Assembly (NCBI GenBank): GCA_965644495.1
Contig: CBFFSA010000002.1
Coordinates: 1,116,001-1,180,000, forward strand
Origin: Perkinsela sp. CCAP 1560/9
Taxonomy: Eukaryota; Protista; Euglenozoa: Kinetoplastea
DNA: 64,000 bases
Direction of reading: 5' to 3'
Shown piece by piece: positions 41,001 to 49,974 of the stretch. The position numbers and the translations under genes are program-made. The notes below the pieces were generated by a model. It made no database searches and was not told the origin of the DNA. It saw only the letters and a list, made by a program, of their open reading frames with translations. The first letter of the stretch is position 1. Each line of letters begins with the position of its first letter.

Positions 41001-42248
41001 CGCTAACTCGCGGAACCTACGACCCAACAACAGCGTGTTGAGTTTGTCCCGAGCTCGTGGGGGTGGGTGACTACCACTACGACCACTACTGCCTTTACAC
41101 TGTTGTAACGCAGCCGTGAGATCCCGTCGTAGGGTATGGGAGAGGGAGAGGAGAGAGGAGGGGGAGTCAGGAGAAGAATCATTAGGATTATGATTACTAT
41201 GATTCATCATCCTCATTGAGTTGTGAGCGCTATGATGATTTATGTGATGCTCATCTTTAAGAGAGCAAGGATGGGGGGTGTCATTATGGTTGTGACGGGT
41301 GTGATGAGAATGACCCTCATCATTATTTATCATCATCCTCGGGTTGTGAGGGCTGTGATGGGGACCATCATGGTTGTGAGAGCTAGGATGGGAGGAATTG
41401 TGATCATTAGGGGAGCTGTGATGAGGAGTATCCTCATCAGGAGAGCTGTGATGAGAAGGGCCCTCATTGTGAGGGTTGTGATGAGAATGATTATCATCAT
41501 CATCATGATGGTGGTGAGTGTTATGATGAAGAGGTAGGGAAGGATGAGGAAGGGGTAGGGTAGGGTCGTGTGGGGGTAGGTATGGTAGGGGATGGGAGAA
41601 TGTACGAGTCGTGTCCTCTGAGGGGAGGGAAGTTTCGGGATGTTGTTGAGGGGATGTGTCATAAGAACGAGAGAGAGGTGAAAAGAGAGGAGGAAGGCGT
41701 CGAGAGGGCCCGATTTGTGAGAGTGTTCCGTGATCCAACGCATCGAGTGCGGCGAGGAGAGCATATAAAGTGTCACAAGGGGAGGACGGGTGCGGCGGGG
41801 ATGGCAGTGCGGTGGGGGGTGGGGCGTTGAGGTGGGGTGTAGGGGAATCGGGCGTGAGAGGAGGTCTTGTGGCAGACGTCAGCGTGTCGGTGATCTGTGC
41901 CGCATCCTCCCATGCACGAGGCTCGGTAGGATCCTGTGCACGTCTCTTTTTCTTGGTCTCTTGTCGTGATAGAAGCGACAAGGGGATCGAAGGGATGGAT
42001 TGCGCGGCGCTCTCACTAGAGATTTCCATGGGTCTGCGCACGGCCGTGGTGGTTACGCCGACTGACCCAAATGGGATGCCGCGAGATAGGGAGAGATCTT
42101 TGCCAATACCAGTTTTAATTTCGGATTGCGGGTTGATCGGAAGCGTAGGGATCTTGGGCGGAGGAGCATCAAGTTTGCAGTGAAGCGTTTCGTCGAAGGC
42201 CACATTTGCAGGAGTGGAATGATCTGGGCGAGACGCAGAAGAGCCCAT
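35046..42248 (-). CDS. Large MATH/TRAF-domain coiled-coil protein with low-complexity regions
   Basis: YSPDFQYGGVPWSLL...HLALYL...ENDWGFNNVV is a MATH domain. Likely start is MGSSAS (myristoylation-like). It also has His-rich, coiled-coil and Pro-rich segments. Confidence 0.75.
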   Translation of the reverse strand: MGSSASRPDHSTPANVAFDETLHCKLDAPPPKIPTLPINPQSEIKTGIGKDLSLSRGIPFGSVGVTTTAVRRPMEISSESAAQSIPSIPLSLLSRQETKKKRRAQDPTEPRAWEDAAQITDTLTSATRPPLTPDSPTPHLNAPPPTALPSPPHPSSPCDTLYALLAALDALDHGTLSQIGPSRRLPPLFSPLSRSYDTSPQQHPETSLPSEDTTRTFSHPLPYLPPHDPTLPLPHPSLPLHHNTHHHHDDDDNHSHHNPHNEGPSHHSSPDEDTPHHSSPNDHNSSHPSSHNHDGPHHSPHNPRMMINNDEGHSHHTRHNHNDTPHPCSLKDEHHINHHSAHNSMRMMNHSNHNPNDSSPDSPSSLLSLSHTLRRDLTAALQQCKGSSGRSGSHPPPRARDKLNTLLLGRRFRELAGVAAMVAGAREREQGVQQEGQQRKEGRKEPTPIRGASADRAALRDPKVVERKVQWESARGRVSSGPGVSSVLLHGEEEGNGGIKAGVVEDGGRAVLNGEEHAGYLNAMRPTERDLLQHYLAEGNMEETLKLLEAMTRDRVVCGVEHLAGDPGEGVGKPFRTLSKGKAEDFLPSEMLPIGSHAVSASRVDYTRDNTAKCVPTPLEKSLAQISQRFRRPCFEDFVDALPKDFLSLAPSRVLKTATRFDARDLDTDDDQDDAENRSSTNAKEGSVIDKKAQISRIKDTKINDPTSSSADAALQKANEEYGRKKQEDYRMFATKKVRDEHGMVRAARGPFPPPCLADHTQDPLAEGRARRSLRGKHTPEEDEETGSNGTLTEEEERLQSEDHKSGHSSGSIETQTTGTSEKTDTKGEAAAQLNKAAPLPDVIEPDWRSVMEALSSETLRKVLEVLRPHPTKAQQQQQKKSPSATVAQLIFRLGVEKVIHAMEKQRLLEPLLRPKGTKSCLASRLESDFIPTMEEYPEIRKGIALALLLSQDIHTNANTQDLYERTVVSGLRAGLGSLRPRLLKKVVTEIAAYCKNKYATTDTSSQSSTRAFAPQNGEDPSNLSVDKQVEFVVWSVVPGERVRHKKERLASRRRKRGVGFFLEHAASVFHTGRVCFRLSRVSSLRKNPYRHYSPDFQYGGVPWSLLAMQHKDHLALYLCQTGNVHCKFILTLLHVNEGESIRNEGCQRFQSNSAENDWGFNNVVSLEKLFDPVGGFWDSETDSILVDIALMILDDPVPSPSLNSTVHPDLAPKLTTASQQSAINVGRTTLAPKEALDYTSHEDVFIKDVVSKSVLGSPTLDAKSGPENDLVTKTTTNITRRSVDFSKSKFTSNSVSIRFTGEATPSFTNESSTSELLQTAQANASLLELVEEELAGKEKEWKKKTTRHFKALRSKLYRDQEKERKSFSKDEEEARQKLYDAEKKSLGITKENTVKSKRASKASTFQQSSPEPATKQILVSFNDYGDKSLSCEIKEIQEATSAVRAETAKLTEDLSQLLSEKSTTERKITDIVSQERQTRQKLKLMRSKVARKQAILDDYSVTLRDLENSISHVRAQKESATGETKTKESKRAEPQLLNASTGKALHDTTIEKQDDSSTLSYSRSKSPRSPVPSTPPSLSRSSNKSKRGIKTGETRELRHSETSKKPLTSPGGDEKNGLSLEAESLLHSSGLPDNIAKDDPPLRDVLPTSTFHSPHVTPHTTLSPSALHKTPPGALPPPFPPVAPPLTIHPSQSLPFPSCSSTHEPPPYAPPHISPHPSTRSSPQRPPLPPSLPYPSQALPFPDPSLPHPSSSTLPFLPFPPPTPYGARSHLPYQGIPSPQGVLSQRASPQRVPSERAPPQGVPSERVPPQAVPSERVPSQGIPSERVYPQGIPSERVPSQGIPSERVYPQGIPASTTTNMYRIPNANTTPSLPQQQQQQQQPMELPLPPPPPPQTGTFPPPPLYPPHESSSSSTLPSPFPMTPAFPGPMGPHGPPGHGPLPPLQPPPVPPNAYTHVLPTRGGWEKGESGRKERKWETLMNPMALPHPMGPPPTTTTATTTTMSSVAFPFPLPHPHGATLPLGHRREMHEASPMFHESSPHFYEGLTLQTPLIPSTPGGSNPTSPQGVKDYPAAWGESGFSSSGRPALPEPQLNHAKGKNKIRQRLSGVHLSKETFLSFPMTPEVGLGNVYNPLGSSYAPVASSVGKKENRAGRVGSLPKMKGGFIPEVTGTGMPFLEKQSVHPGWDSHPLGEAEQGVNFVPYSTEALGSNSSHFTQGMGRPLRDSSQIRGGSLPGAFEHFQRQPPSGNTFEENFMLGYSSSPGSYVGSGASPTTLDPFSISFPTEENSEQDELLNAGEELNPSEYVDAARDASKVLSALKMATLQQDQNNQNGKGIRELGKGSVQPESGAFEHFEPSLSLGELEESGWSPTFSQQGRTADPSLVSILENWSRAQNESTE
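36685..36925 (-). repeat. Coding 30-bp tandem repeat (PQGIPSERVx)
   Basis: About 7-8 units of AGGAATCCCTTGAG...AACCCGTTCAGA. Confidence 0.9.
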
Positions 42249-42399
42249 AAAAGTGATGAACTTGTAGTGGTGATAAGCAACTCTACAAGAAAGATAATTT
42301 GCACGATAGATCAGATAATATACTAAAGATACATTTTTTTTGATACTTCTTTTTGGGATGAACGACATGAAAAGCAAAAAAAACTTTTTTAGTCTTCTT

Positions 42400-42570
42400 G
42401 AAGAAGGATTCATACAGTTAAACTGTAGACATTAAGTCAAATAGCCTGAGATCACACAAAATACATGTATGATCCCGTACGCGCATACGACATGTTTGGC
42501 TATTCATGTTTACCCATCCGAAACACAATATCCATAGTGTTTCAGGTTGTGCGGTCCAGATCTTGGTATG
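42400..42570 (-). mobile_element. 3' end of a family 2 retrotransposon
   Basis: The reverse complement aligns with 16626-16790 (GAATAGCCAAACA...GCTATTTGACTTAAT...AACTGTATGAATCC). Confidence 0.85.
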
Positions 42571-43295
42571 CAGTGGGGGGTCACGAAAACGGTGCGGGGT
42601 ATAAAATTTGTACCGTGCGAGCTCTTGACGTAATTCCTTTGGCATTCAAAAGATCTCGAATTTTTAAGACTACTAGCACCATTGTTGCCCCCTCTGAAGC
42701 TGGTATGACGTCATGAGAAAAATTTATTGCAAATTTTACCGGAAAATTCTGCAAAAATCAGATTTTTATCATTTTGTATCATTTTAGCGCATCAAACTAT
42801 GAATAAAAACAAAATGGTTTCTATAACTGGTTAAAACGGAAACCAGCGGCTACAGTGATCATGGATAACGCTCCGGGCCATAATCATGCTCGACGTATCG
42901 GAGAGATATGAGTATTAGCATTCCGGATTGGCCTGCCAAGTCGCCGGATTTAAATTTAATTCAAATTTTTGGAGCATGATGGACCACACATAAAATTTAC
43001 TCTCCGCCCCACAAACCGTAAGGAACTGCAAGCTGCAATTCCAAAAGCGCTTGATTATCTATTATCTGATATAAAAGCATCGTATAATAATACTTTGACA
43101 AGCTTCCCGTCCCGAATCAGACTTATTTGAGAAAAATGGGGGATCAATAAATAAATAGTGAGCAAATCCAAATATGCAAAAAAAGACTGTTTTTTACCGA
43201 CTCACCATTATCACCCAACCTTATGTATGCCTAAACATGTATGCCTAAGTAATTATAACGCACCTAGTCTTAAAATTTCGAGATCTGTTGAATTA

Positions 43296-44584
43296 CTGTC
43301 CCCCCCTATTTAGTGTGGAGTGAAATTCGGCAAAATCCAACACTAAATAGGGGGGGTAAGAAGTCTCCTCCCCTCAAAAAAAAAAAAAACGCGCCGCTTC
43401 GCGCCGTATTGTTTTCAAAATCACGATTGTAAAGGAGTGCCCGGTTTACTATACCCCCCGGTATGGTACGAGATCATACATATGGTAGCAGGTCACAGGT
43501 ATGGTAAGTTGTTGGGATAAATTTGTAAAAAAGTGATTACCAGCATAAGTTAGTAGTGGATGTTAATAATATCACCAACAAAAAGTCATAGAAATGAAAA
43601 AACGCGATAAATAGTACAGAAAACAGATAAATAATGCTCTGTAGGGTTATGATCTACGTGGACCACCTCGAACAAGAAGTCGATATCATATGTTGTCTGC
43701 CTGAAGAACCAGCGGAGGGTATGCTATCGGCCATGGGTCACGATACCATACCCCCCCGGTGTGGTACCAGGTCACAGGCATGCTAAATAGCAATAGTAGA
43801 TAAAATCTTGCATGCCGCAAAAAGAGGAAATCAGAATTGAAATTCGGACGGCGAAATTCGGCAAGAGATTTGAGATGCACTGAAATCTCTTTTCCAGCCG
43901 CTTCAACGCGGTATTTTACAAAAGAGCGCCTGTAAATCAATCGTTCATGAGCTGATTTTAGAATATGAAGCGGGAAACACGATTCTTCCCATCGATTTCA
44001 AGAACGCATACAACGCACCACACCGTACAGCGATCGAACAGGCCTATTTCAGTACCCTGTTTTCAAACACTTCTTGTGAATGTTCTATCTAGAATACGGT
44101 CAGCCATCAGGGCCCCTTTTCCTTGCCAATAACTGATAAACGGGACCCCCGTTTAGTATTATTTCACTGGGTTGGGGATACAGCTTTATAAACTCTGTGG
44201 GGCATTAGTATACTAAGTATAAAGGCCTGTGGGTGGACATCTTGCAAAGGGGTATACAGCTATAAAGGCTAGGTCTGACAAGCAAAGTACATATAAAGGA
44301 GAACCAAACAAGCGAAGAATGAATACAACCCGCTCACCAAAAATGGGACCAACGTTTATAGAGCTACGAGTCCTGCTTTTTTGTTGATTGCAAATATCAC
44401 CATGAATGATTAAAGTAAATCAGTAGAAATAGGTGAACAATCACAAATGACAAGCAAAGATAAGAAAAAAAGTGTTTGGAAAAAACGAATTAAGCGCCGC
44501 TTCGCGGCGCCTATACGCACAGAACCCAAAATTCAACACTAAATAGGGGGGGTTGAGCACTCAATAGTAAATAGGGGGGGACAG
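43296..44584. mobile_element. Nested TA-flanked TIR element (CTGTC-Cn-TATTTA ends) inside the right TIR of the Tc1 element
   Basis: TA-CTGTCCCCCCTATTTAG ... TAAATAGGGGGGGACAG-TA. The Tc1 TIR is split on either side of it. Confidence 0.75.
43870..44120 (+). pseudogene. CRE-clade reverse transcriptase fragment
   Basis: Manual translation FQPLQRGI...ACKSIVH...ILPIDFKNAYNAPHRTAIEQA matches the CRE RT pattern (PxQxGV, GCExIVH, DFKNAFN..R). Confidence 0.6.
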
Positions 44585-44645
44585 TACGTCAAAAGCTCGC
44601 ACGGCACAAATTTTATACCCCACACCGTTTTCGTGACCCCCTCTG

Positions 44646-44843
44646 TATAGTAAAACTCCTCCTAAAGGCCCTCGTCACCATGTGTTGGCGACACTCTTTC
44701 GCAAGCTCTGTGTCCTCGCAGAAGAGCATGTCCAATTTACTCGCCGAGTCTTGGAGACTTCCTCGTGCCCCAATATCTGGGGCAAATAGATATGCTTCGA
44801 GATAATTATGCTTTTGCGTATGCCACAGGTGGTTGTATTTCAG
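44646..44843 (-). mobile_element. Family 2 retrotransposon RLE fragment (5' part of the copy ending near 42400)
   Basis: The reverse complement aligns with 16429-16626. Confidence 0.85.
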
Positions 44844-44960
44844 TTGAGACTCCGAAAAAAGTTTGGAATTAGGATAATAAAAAAATTGGAATTGGGATAA
44901 TAAATTATACTATTTCAAAATTAATATTTGGAATAAAATACGCATGCTTTCATGCTCATA

Positions 44961-45671
44961 CTAAAAATTAGCATGATAGGGATTTACATCGTTATAAATC
45001 TCAACGCATTTAGGCCTACTACTGTAGAATAGAGTATTTCTACTCAAGCTCAAGACATTAAGGCTCCGTGGAAGCATAGAAAAGTTGACTCTACCAGAAA
45101 AGAAATTGTATGCTAGCCAAGCGTACTCAATATTTGGAGGAAGTTGCGTAAGATCAATGATCCCATCAAACCGATTGTGTTCTATGTTGAGACCGTACAG
45201 TTTTGGGGGCAGCCGAGTAAAATCCAGTGCTCCAAAGAAATCCCCTCTAAGATCAGACTCAACAGAAAACTCTTTTAACTCATGCGGGAGTACAGAAAAA
45301 TCAATCATGTCCTGGAGTCGATTGTCTCGCAATTTTCCTCGACGGATACCTTTGCCAATATATAGTTTGACGGTTGAGAGCGGAAGATGGGACCAATCAA
45401 CCCGACCCCTTAGTTCGAAGCCACCCCAAAGTATTTCAAATCCTGCGTCTGTAGTCTGCACTCCGACCCATTCCTTAATAGATTTGTTTGCCTTCCACGT
45501 AGGATGAGGGTTTTGAACGAAGCGGACGAAACGTGAAAGTTCAACCTCAGGAGGAAGATATTGCCCTCGTACCTTCCCCGCTCTGGAAGTAGAAGTGTCG
45601 GCTGCACCTAACATCGTACGGAAGCCAATTATATTCGAGTCACCAGAAAAAGCCATTACGGATAACGTCAT
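44961..45671 (-). CDS. Leucine-rich repeat protein
   Basis: SRAGKVRGQYLPPEVELSRF, EWVGV and LRRs. The track ORF extends upstream into repeat sequence. Confidence 0.8.
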   Translation of the reverse strand: MTLSVMAFSGDSNIIGFRTMLGAADTSTSRAGKVRGQYLPPEVELSRFVRFVQNPHPTWKANKSIKEWVGVQTTDAGFEILWGGFELRGRVDWSHLPLSTVKLYIGKGIRRGKLRDNRLQDMIDFSVLPHELKEFSVESDLRGDFFGALDFTRLPPKLYGLNIEHNRFDGIIDLTQLPPNIEYAWLAYNFFSGRVNFSMLPRSLNVLSLSRNTLFYSSRPKCVEIYNDVNPYHANF

Positions 45672-45719
45672 TAGGGACTGAAAAGTATAATATAAAATAT
45701 AATATAATTTCTTTAATAT

Positions 45720-46049
45720 TTTTTTTATGAAAAAATCCGAACTTGGCGGACCCGTCCTGCGGATATGCGGGGGGGTCACCCCCGGGTAGGGGAGTGAAAA
45801 ATGCGCGCCAAGACCCCGGCTACCGCTTCTGCGGTTTTTTTTCGAAAAATATTTTTTTCAAAAAACATTTCGTGCGGTATGCCCCCCCTAGACCCCCCCC
45901 ATGGACCCCCCAATTTTTTCAATTCTTTTTTTCAATTTTGGACCACCGGAGCCCCCTTTTATATTTTTTTCTTCTATCATATTACTGTGTTTCTCTTATT
46001 TTTTCGTCAAAAATCGAGGGTAGAGCGGTATTTATACAACCACCGCAAT
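45720..46049 (+). mobile_element. Dispersed repeat copy E (5'-truncated, tail intact)
   Basis: Matches 1965-2290. Confidence 0.85.
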
Positions 46050-46554
46050 ACCATTGTTAGTAATAGGTGATTGTTAATAATAGATGAACCCCCTCTTTAT
46101 GTACATGTACTTTTATATCGTTTTTTAAAAGTTATCATCAAAAGTCCCCAACATGTATCTTATTGATATAAGCCCTCTTTTGTATGTAACGCGTACATTA
46201 CTATAAGCAGTCCAAACGAGATATCTCGTATGGGGCACACTTGCTCTCCCCAGGAGAGGCAAACAAATCACCTCCGCCTAGGCATCGGAGTGCGTGAACT
46301 CCGAGCGGTACTTGCTACCGGTAAACGAGCAGAGGGACTTTCCTCGGAGTGCGTGTGAAACTTAAAAATAAGCTTCAGAGACATCAACACCTGAAGAAAG
46401 TTGTTTCGTCTCGTTGCCTCACTCCGTGCACGTACAAGATAACTTTGACGGGTAACTTTAAGTCGAGCGCACGGAAACAAATTCCGAGCTCAACTGATGT
46501 AATCATGTAGATAAGAATGTGACAAGAATATGACACACGTATTAAATAATATTT

Positions 46555-46709
46555 AATCACCCTCTATTTACTATTTAGTACCTTGTCCCCCTATTTAGTG
46601 TTTTTTCTGCTTCGTAGACATTGACGAAACTGCGCCATTTTTTTTCCCTCCCCTACTTAGTGTTGGTTTTTCCCCAATTCTACCAAACACTAAATAGGGG
46701 GGGACGGTA
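46555..46709. repeat. MITE remnant of the CCCCCTATTTAGTG family
   Basis: CCCCCTATTTAGTGTT ... AACACTAAATAGGGGGGGACGGTA. Confidence 0.55.
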
Positions 46710-47351
46710 TATAGAATTTTTTCTCTCGACCGAATATTGCGTTGCTGGCTAAAGCCATCTATTACGATGTAAACAATTTAAGATACTGGCGAGGTAGGAG
46801 AGAAATAAAGCAAGAAACTCATTGCTTTTTACCGTTAGTTTTTATCATTAGTTTTTTTAGGAATAAATTTCAGTCGTTTTTTGATTTTCACACCTGTCAT
46901 TCAAATTCGAATGACAACTATTAAGTTCGGACTTTTGGAAGGGGTCAGTATTTAGGTTCAAAATTACTGAGAAAAAGTTCAAAAATCATTTTTTTGATAT
47001 TATTTTGTGTGCTAAAATGGGCTAAAAAGCGGGAACGTACAGATATCAAAATTTTAAACGAAAAAGTGGCAGCCTGCCATATAAAGTGATAACCTGTCAT
47101 GTTCTCTCGTGTAAAAAATAAGGGAGGGGTCGCTTATTTGTGAGCGGGTTTTTTACTTATTCCTTTTATTTTTTCAATAATCGAGGGTAGAGCGGTAGTT
47201 ATTGCGGGGGTTGTTTCCGACCTCTGCCTCTCCCTTCTTTATGGTGTCCGGGGTAGGATGGCTCCAGAAGGGTGAGAAAAGGGGTCCAGCCCCCCTATTC
47301 TCGATTTGGGCACAAATCTCGGCGCTTAAAAACATAGGTCGCGGGACTCGA

Positions 47352-47424
47352 ACCCGGGTAGTCCAGCTGGTATGGTATGCCGTTCATAATCTGGTGGTCA
47401 CAGGTTTAACTCCCGGCGGTCACA
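47352..47424 (+). pseudogene. Degenerate tRNA-Met(CAT)-like sequence / SINE head
   Basis: A-box-like TAGTCCAGCTGGT, anticodon loop TTCATAA and B-box-like GGTTTAACTCC. The acceptor stem does not pair. Confidence 0.45.
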
Positions 47425-47626
47425 TTTTCAGCCATGCGCGACGTCGTTAGTGGGAAGCAATTTGCAAAGCTGGAGGGAGGGATTGGGGGAATGGCGCGGG
47501 CCCGCGTGAGCGGTCCTGAGCCTTACGCGGTGTCGTTAGTAGGAAGCAATTTGCGAAGCCCCGTTTATCAACAACCACCGCATTTTAGCTACCACACCGA
47601 CACTACCGCAATAAAGGTGTGTATTA

Positions 47627-48343
47627 TTTTTTAGGCTCTTCGTTAGACGCGGTGGTTGTTTTCAAATTAGAAGTCACTCATGCTGCGCGCTTCGCGAAGA
47701 AAACTACCTCCGCGTTTAACGAAGAGCCTAAAAAAGAAAAATCGCCAAAAGATCATGAATAATCTATTTTTTTGGGTAAAAAAGCTCGATTTTTCGGCGA
47801 AAATTGCGAAACTTTAACTCGATTTTGGACTATTTTTGCTGCCTTACAAGTAGGGGCAGGAGTCGAATCTGACGAAAAAACGCCGTGGAATGGTAGCTGT
47901 GGTCCCAAACTCTTAAAATACGTTTTAGGAGTCGATTTTGGAAAAATAATATTTTTACTTTTTTTTGAGTCAAATTTTTTTTGTGTCACCCCAAAAAATT
48001 CGGAATTTTTGACCTTGTCGAACCCCTCCCGCGCGTACCAGGGGGGGTACCCCCAGGTGTGGGGGGGTGGAAAATTATCGCCGCGGCCTACTCTACCCCT
48101 TCCCTGCGCTCGATTTTGAAAAGCAAAAAATTATTGAAAAATTTCTTGACGTATGCCCCCCCTGGACCCCTCCCTAGACCCCCCATTTTTTTCATTTATT
48201 TTTTTCAGTTTTGGACCACCGGAGCCCCCTTTTATATTTTTTTCTTCTATTATATTACTGTGTTCCTCTTTATATTTTCCCTGTTTTCGTTCACTTTTTT
48301 TTCAATAATCGAGGGTAGAGCGGTAGTTATACAACCACCGCAA
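47627..48343 (+). mobile_element. Dispersed repeat copy D (head-to-tail complete, about 715 bp)
   Basis: Palindromic head 47627-47735, body, and tail GAGCGGTAGTTATACAACCACCGCAAT. Confidence 0.85.
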
Positions 48344-48480
48344 TATAGTTTATACCTGTTGTAGTGTAAACTTTGTACCGTGACGATGTAATCATTCAGT
48401 TCCATATCAGATGCAACAATATTATTCTATTTGTCCCATCGGACGCACTGTCGCACGTGGCGTAAAATAGAACGGAACTT

Positions 48481-49683
48481 CTAGACAGCGTCGTCAGATG
48501 GCTTAGGGTCAGCAAAATGTGATAAACGCGCGATCCAGCGTTGATATTCCTCGTTTTCATAAAAATAACTAGCTTGTGCAATGTATTCACCCAGACTCTC
48601 CGTAATGCCAAGCTCTCCAAAGTAGTCTGTAAACTGCTTCAAAAACTCAGAGTTCAGACTGTTGTCGGCGAATCGGGGGCCAGGGTAGAACTCCTCCACA
48701 GTTTCTTTCAGACGTACAAAACTTTGCAACAGGTTCTCTCGAGGGGGGTGACTTAACACGTGCTTCGTGATCGCGCGCAACCTTTCCTCAAACGATGGCA
48801 TCCGAGTTTGAGTCTGTTTCTTTCTTCCCGAGGCACTGGAGGAAGCACTTTCACACGTCGGATGCAGAATATTTTCAAAAACATGCTCCGGGGCTATTTC
48901 AGGCGCCATTCCTCCCCGAAATTGCGTGCGTGGAACGATCGCAACTTTGTTAATCACCACTTTACAGTTCGCATAGGCCAGCGAGCACCACAGCTCACGG
49001 TGTTTATCCTCTCGAAACACACGCAACGTGAAGGGAAGGTACTCACACGTGTTGAGGTGAGGTGCCGACAGCGAGGGGTCCTTCATTTCAAAATGAGCTA
49101 AAATTGTGAGTTGGACCGTAACATCCCCTGCGGTCTCATCGGAGACTCCCGTCTTTGATGAGTTCGTACCCTTCTTCTCCTTATCCATAGGTTTAATCCC
49201 AAACGGGTGAAGCACACGCTCCCCGATCTTCGTCTCCGAGCGTCGAAGGTGACGAACCGGCATTTCGTTGCTATCGACGAATGGGGATACCGGATTCAGG
49301 TCTCGTGGACGTACGGCCGCACCCAGGGGCTGGGCCCGGGGTACTTGCCGACTCGATCGCAGCAGGAGAGCGTTACGCGTGGGGGCGTGAGTGACGACCC
49401 ACCCCGCGGGGACCAGCGGGGGGACACCCGCTGCCTCCTCCGCCTCCTCCCCGCGTAACTCCTGTCGGAGCTCCTCACGCAGTCCCTGGGCGAGTACGCG
49501 GTGGGCGAGGGTGCGGCGGGAGAGGGAGTAGACGGGGGCAGGATAGGGCGGGAAGGTATGACGTCCGGAGAAGTCGTGGGAGGGGAGTAGAAGGAAAGCA
49601 TTGCCCACAACCCGTGGGGTAGTAAAGGGGGACATGGAGGGAGATGTGCTTGGGAGTACTGCGCGACCTTGATACAGTCTCAT
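48481..49683 (-). CDS. MAM33/p32/p22-family mitochondrial acidic protein
   Basis: C-terminal YPGPRF...L...F..YF.ELGI.E.LGEYI......ENEEYQRWI..L..F. Confidence 0.75.
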   Translation of the reverse strand: MRLYQGRAVLPSTSPSMSPFTTPRVVGNAFLLLPSHDFSGRHTFPPYPAPVYSLSRRTLAHRVLAQGLREELRQELRGEEAEEAAGVPPLVPAGWVVTHAPTRNALLLRSSRQVPRAQPLGAAVRPRDLNPVSPFVDSNEMPVRHLRRSETKIGERVLHPFGIKPMDKEKKGTNSSKTGVSDETAGDVTVQLTILAHFEMKDPSLSAPHLNTCEYLPFTLRVFREDKHRELWCSLAYANCKVVINKVAIVPRTQFRGGMAPEIAPEHVFENILHPTCESASSSASGRKKQTQTRMPSFEERLRAITKHVLSHPPRENLLQSFVRLKETVEEFYPGPRFADNSLNSEFLKQFTDYFGELGITESLGEYIAQASYFYENEEYQRWIARLSHFADPKPSDDAV

Positions 49684-49974
49684 GGGGGTGCAGGTCTGAA
49701 GTGAGGTGTACAAGTAAATACGTAGGATACAAGCCTGAAAAATAAGTAAGTAAAGTACTACGCCCCCTCTCATGAATTTTTATGAATGTGAATTGTAGAA
49801 AAAAGCAACCCATGGCCCTTGCCGAAGTGGGGACTGAGCTTTTTAAAGGCATTCAGGGAAAAAGTGCTTCAATATTTAAAAGGGCATGGATCAGAAGAAA
49901 AATGTAAAATTCAGCAAAAATATACATCTCTGAAAGAAAAATGCGAGGGGGCATTCATAAAAATTAAAGGGGGG

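Larger units (their letters stand above)
42571..44645 (+). mobile_element. Tc1/mariner DNA transposon (internally deleted, about 100-bp TIRs) inserted at a TA in the family 2 retroelement
   Basis: TIRs CAG(T/A)GGGGGTCACGAAAACGGTG...GACGTA at 42571 and 44585-44645. Transposase remnants MDNAPGH (42861) and DWPAKSPDLN (about 42926-42955). The flanks rejoin into the retroelement sequence. Confidence 0.88.

Noticed and set aside
46220-46480. Possible DIRS-type domain (GDLFASPGESKC in one minus frame)
   Set aside because: It is a single short motif with no supporting continuous frame.
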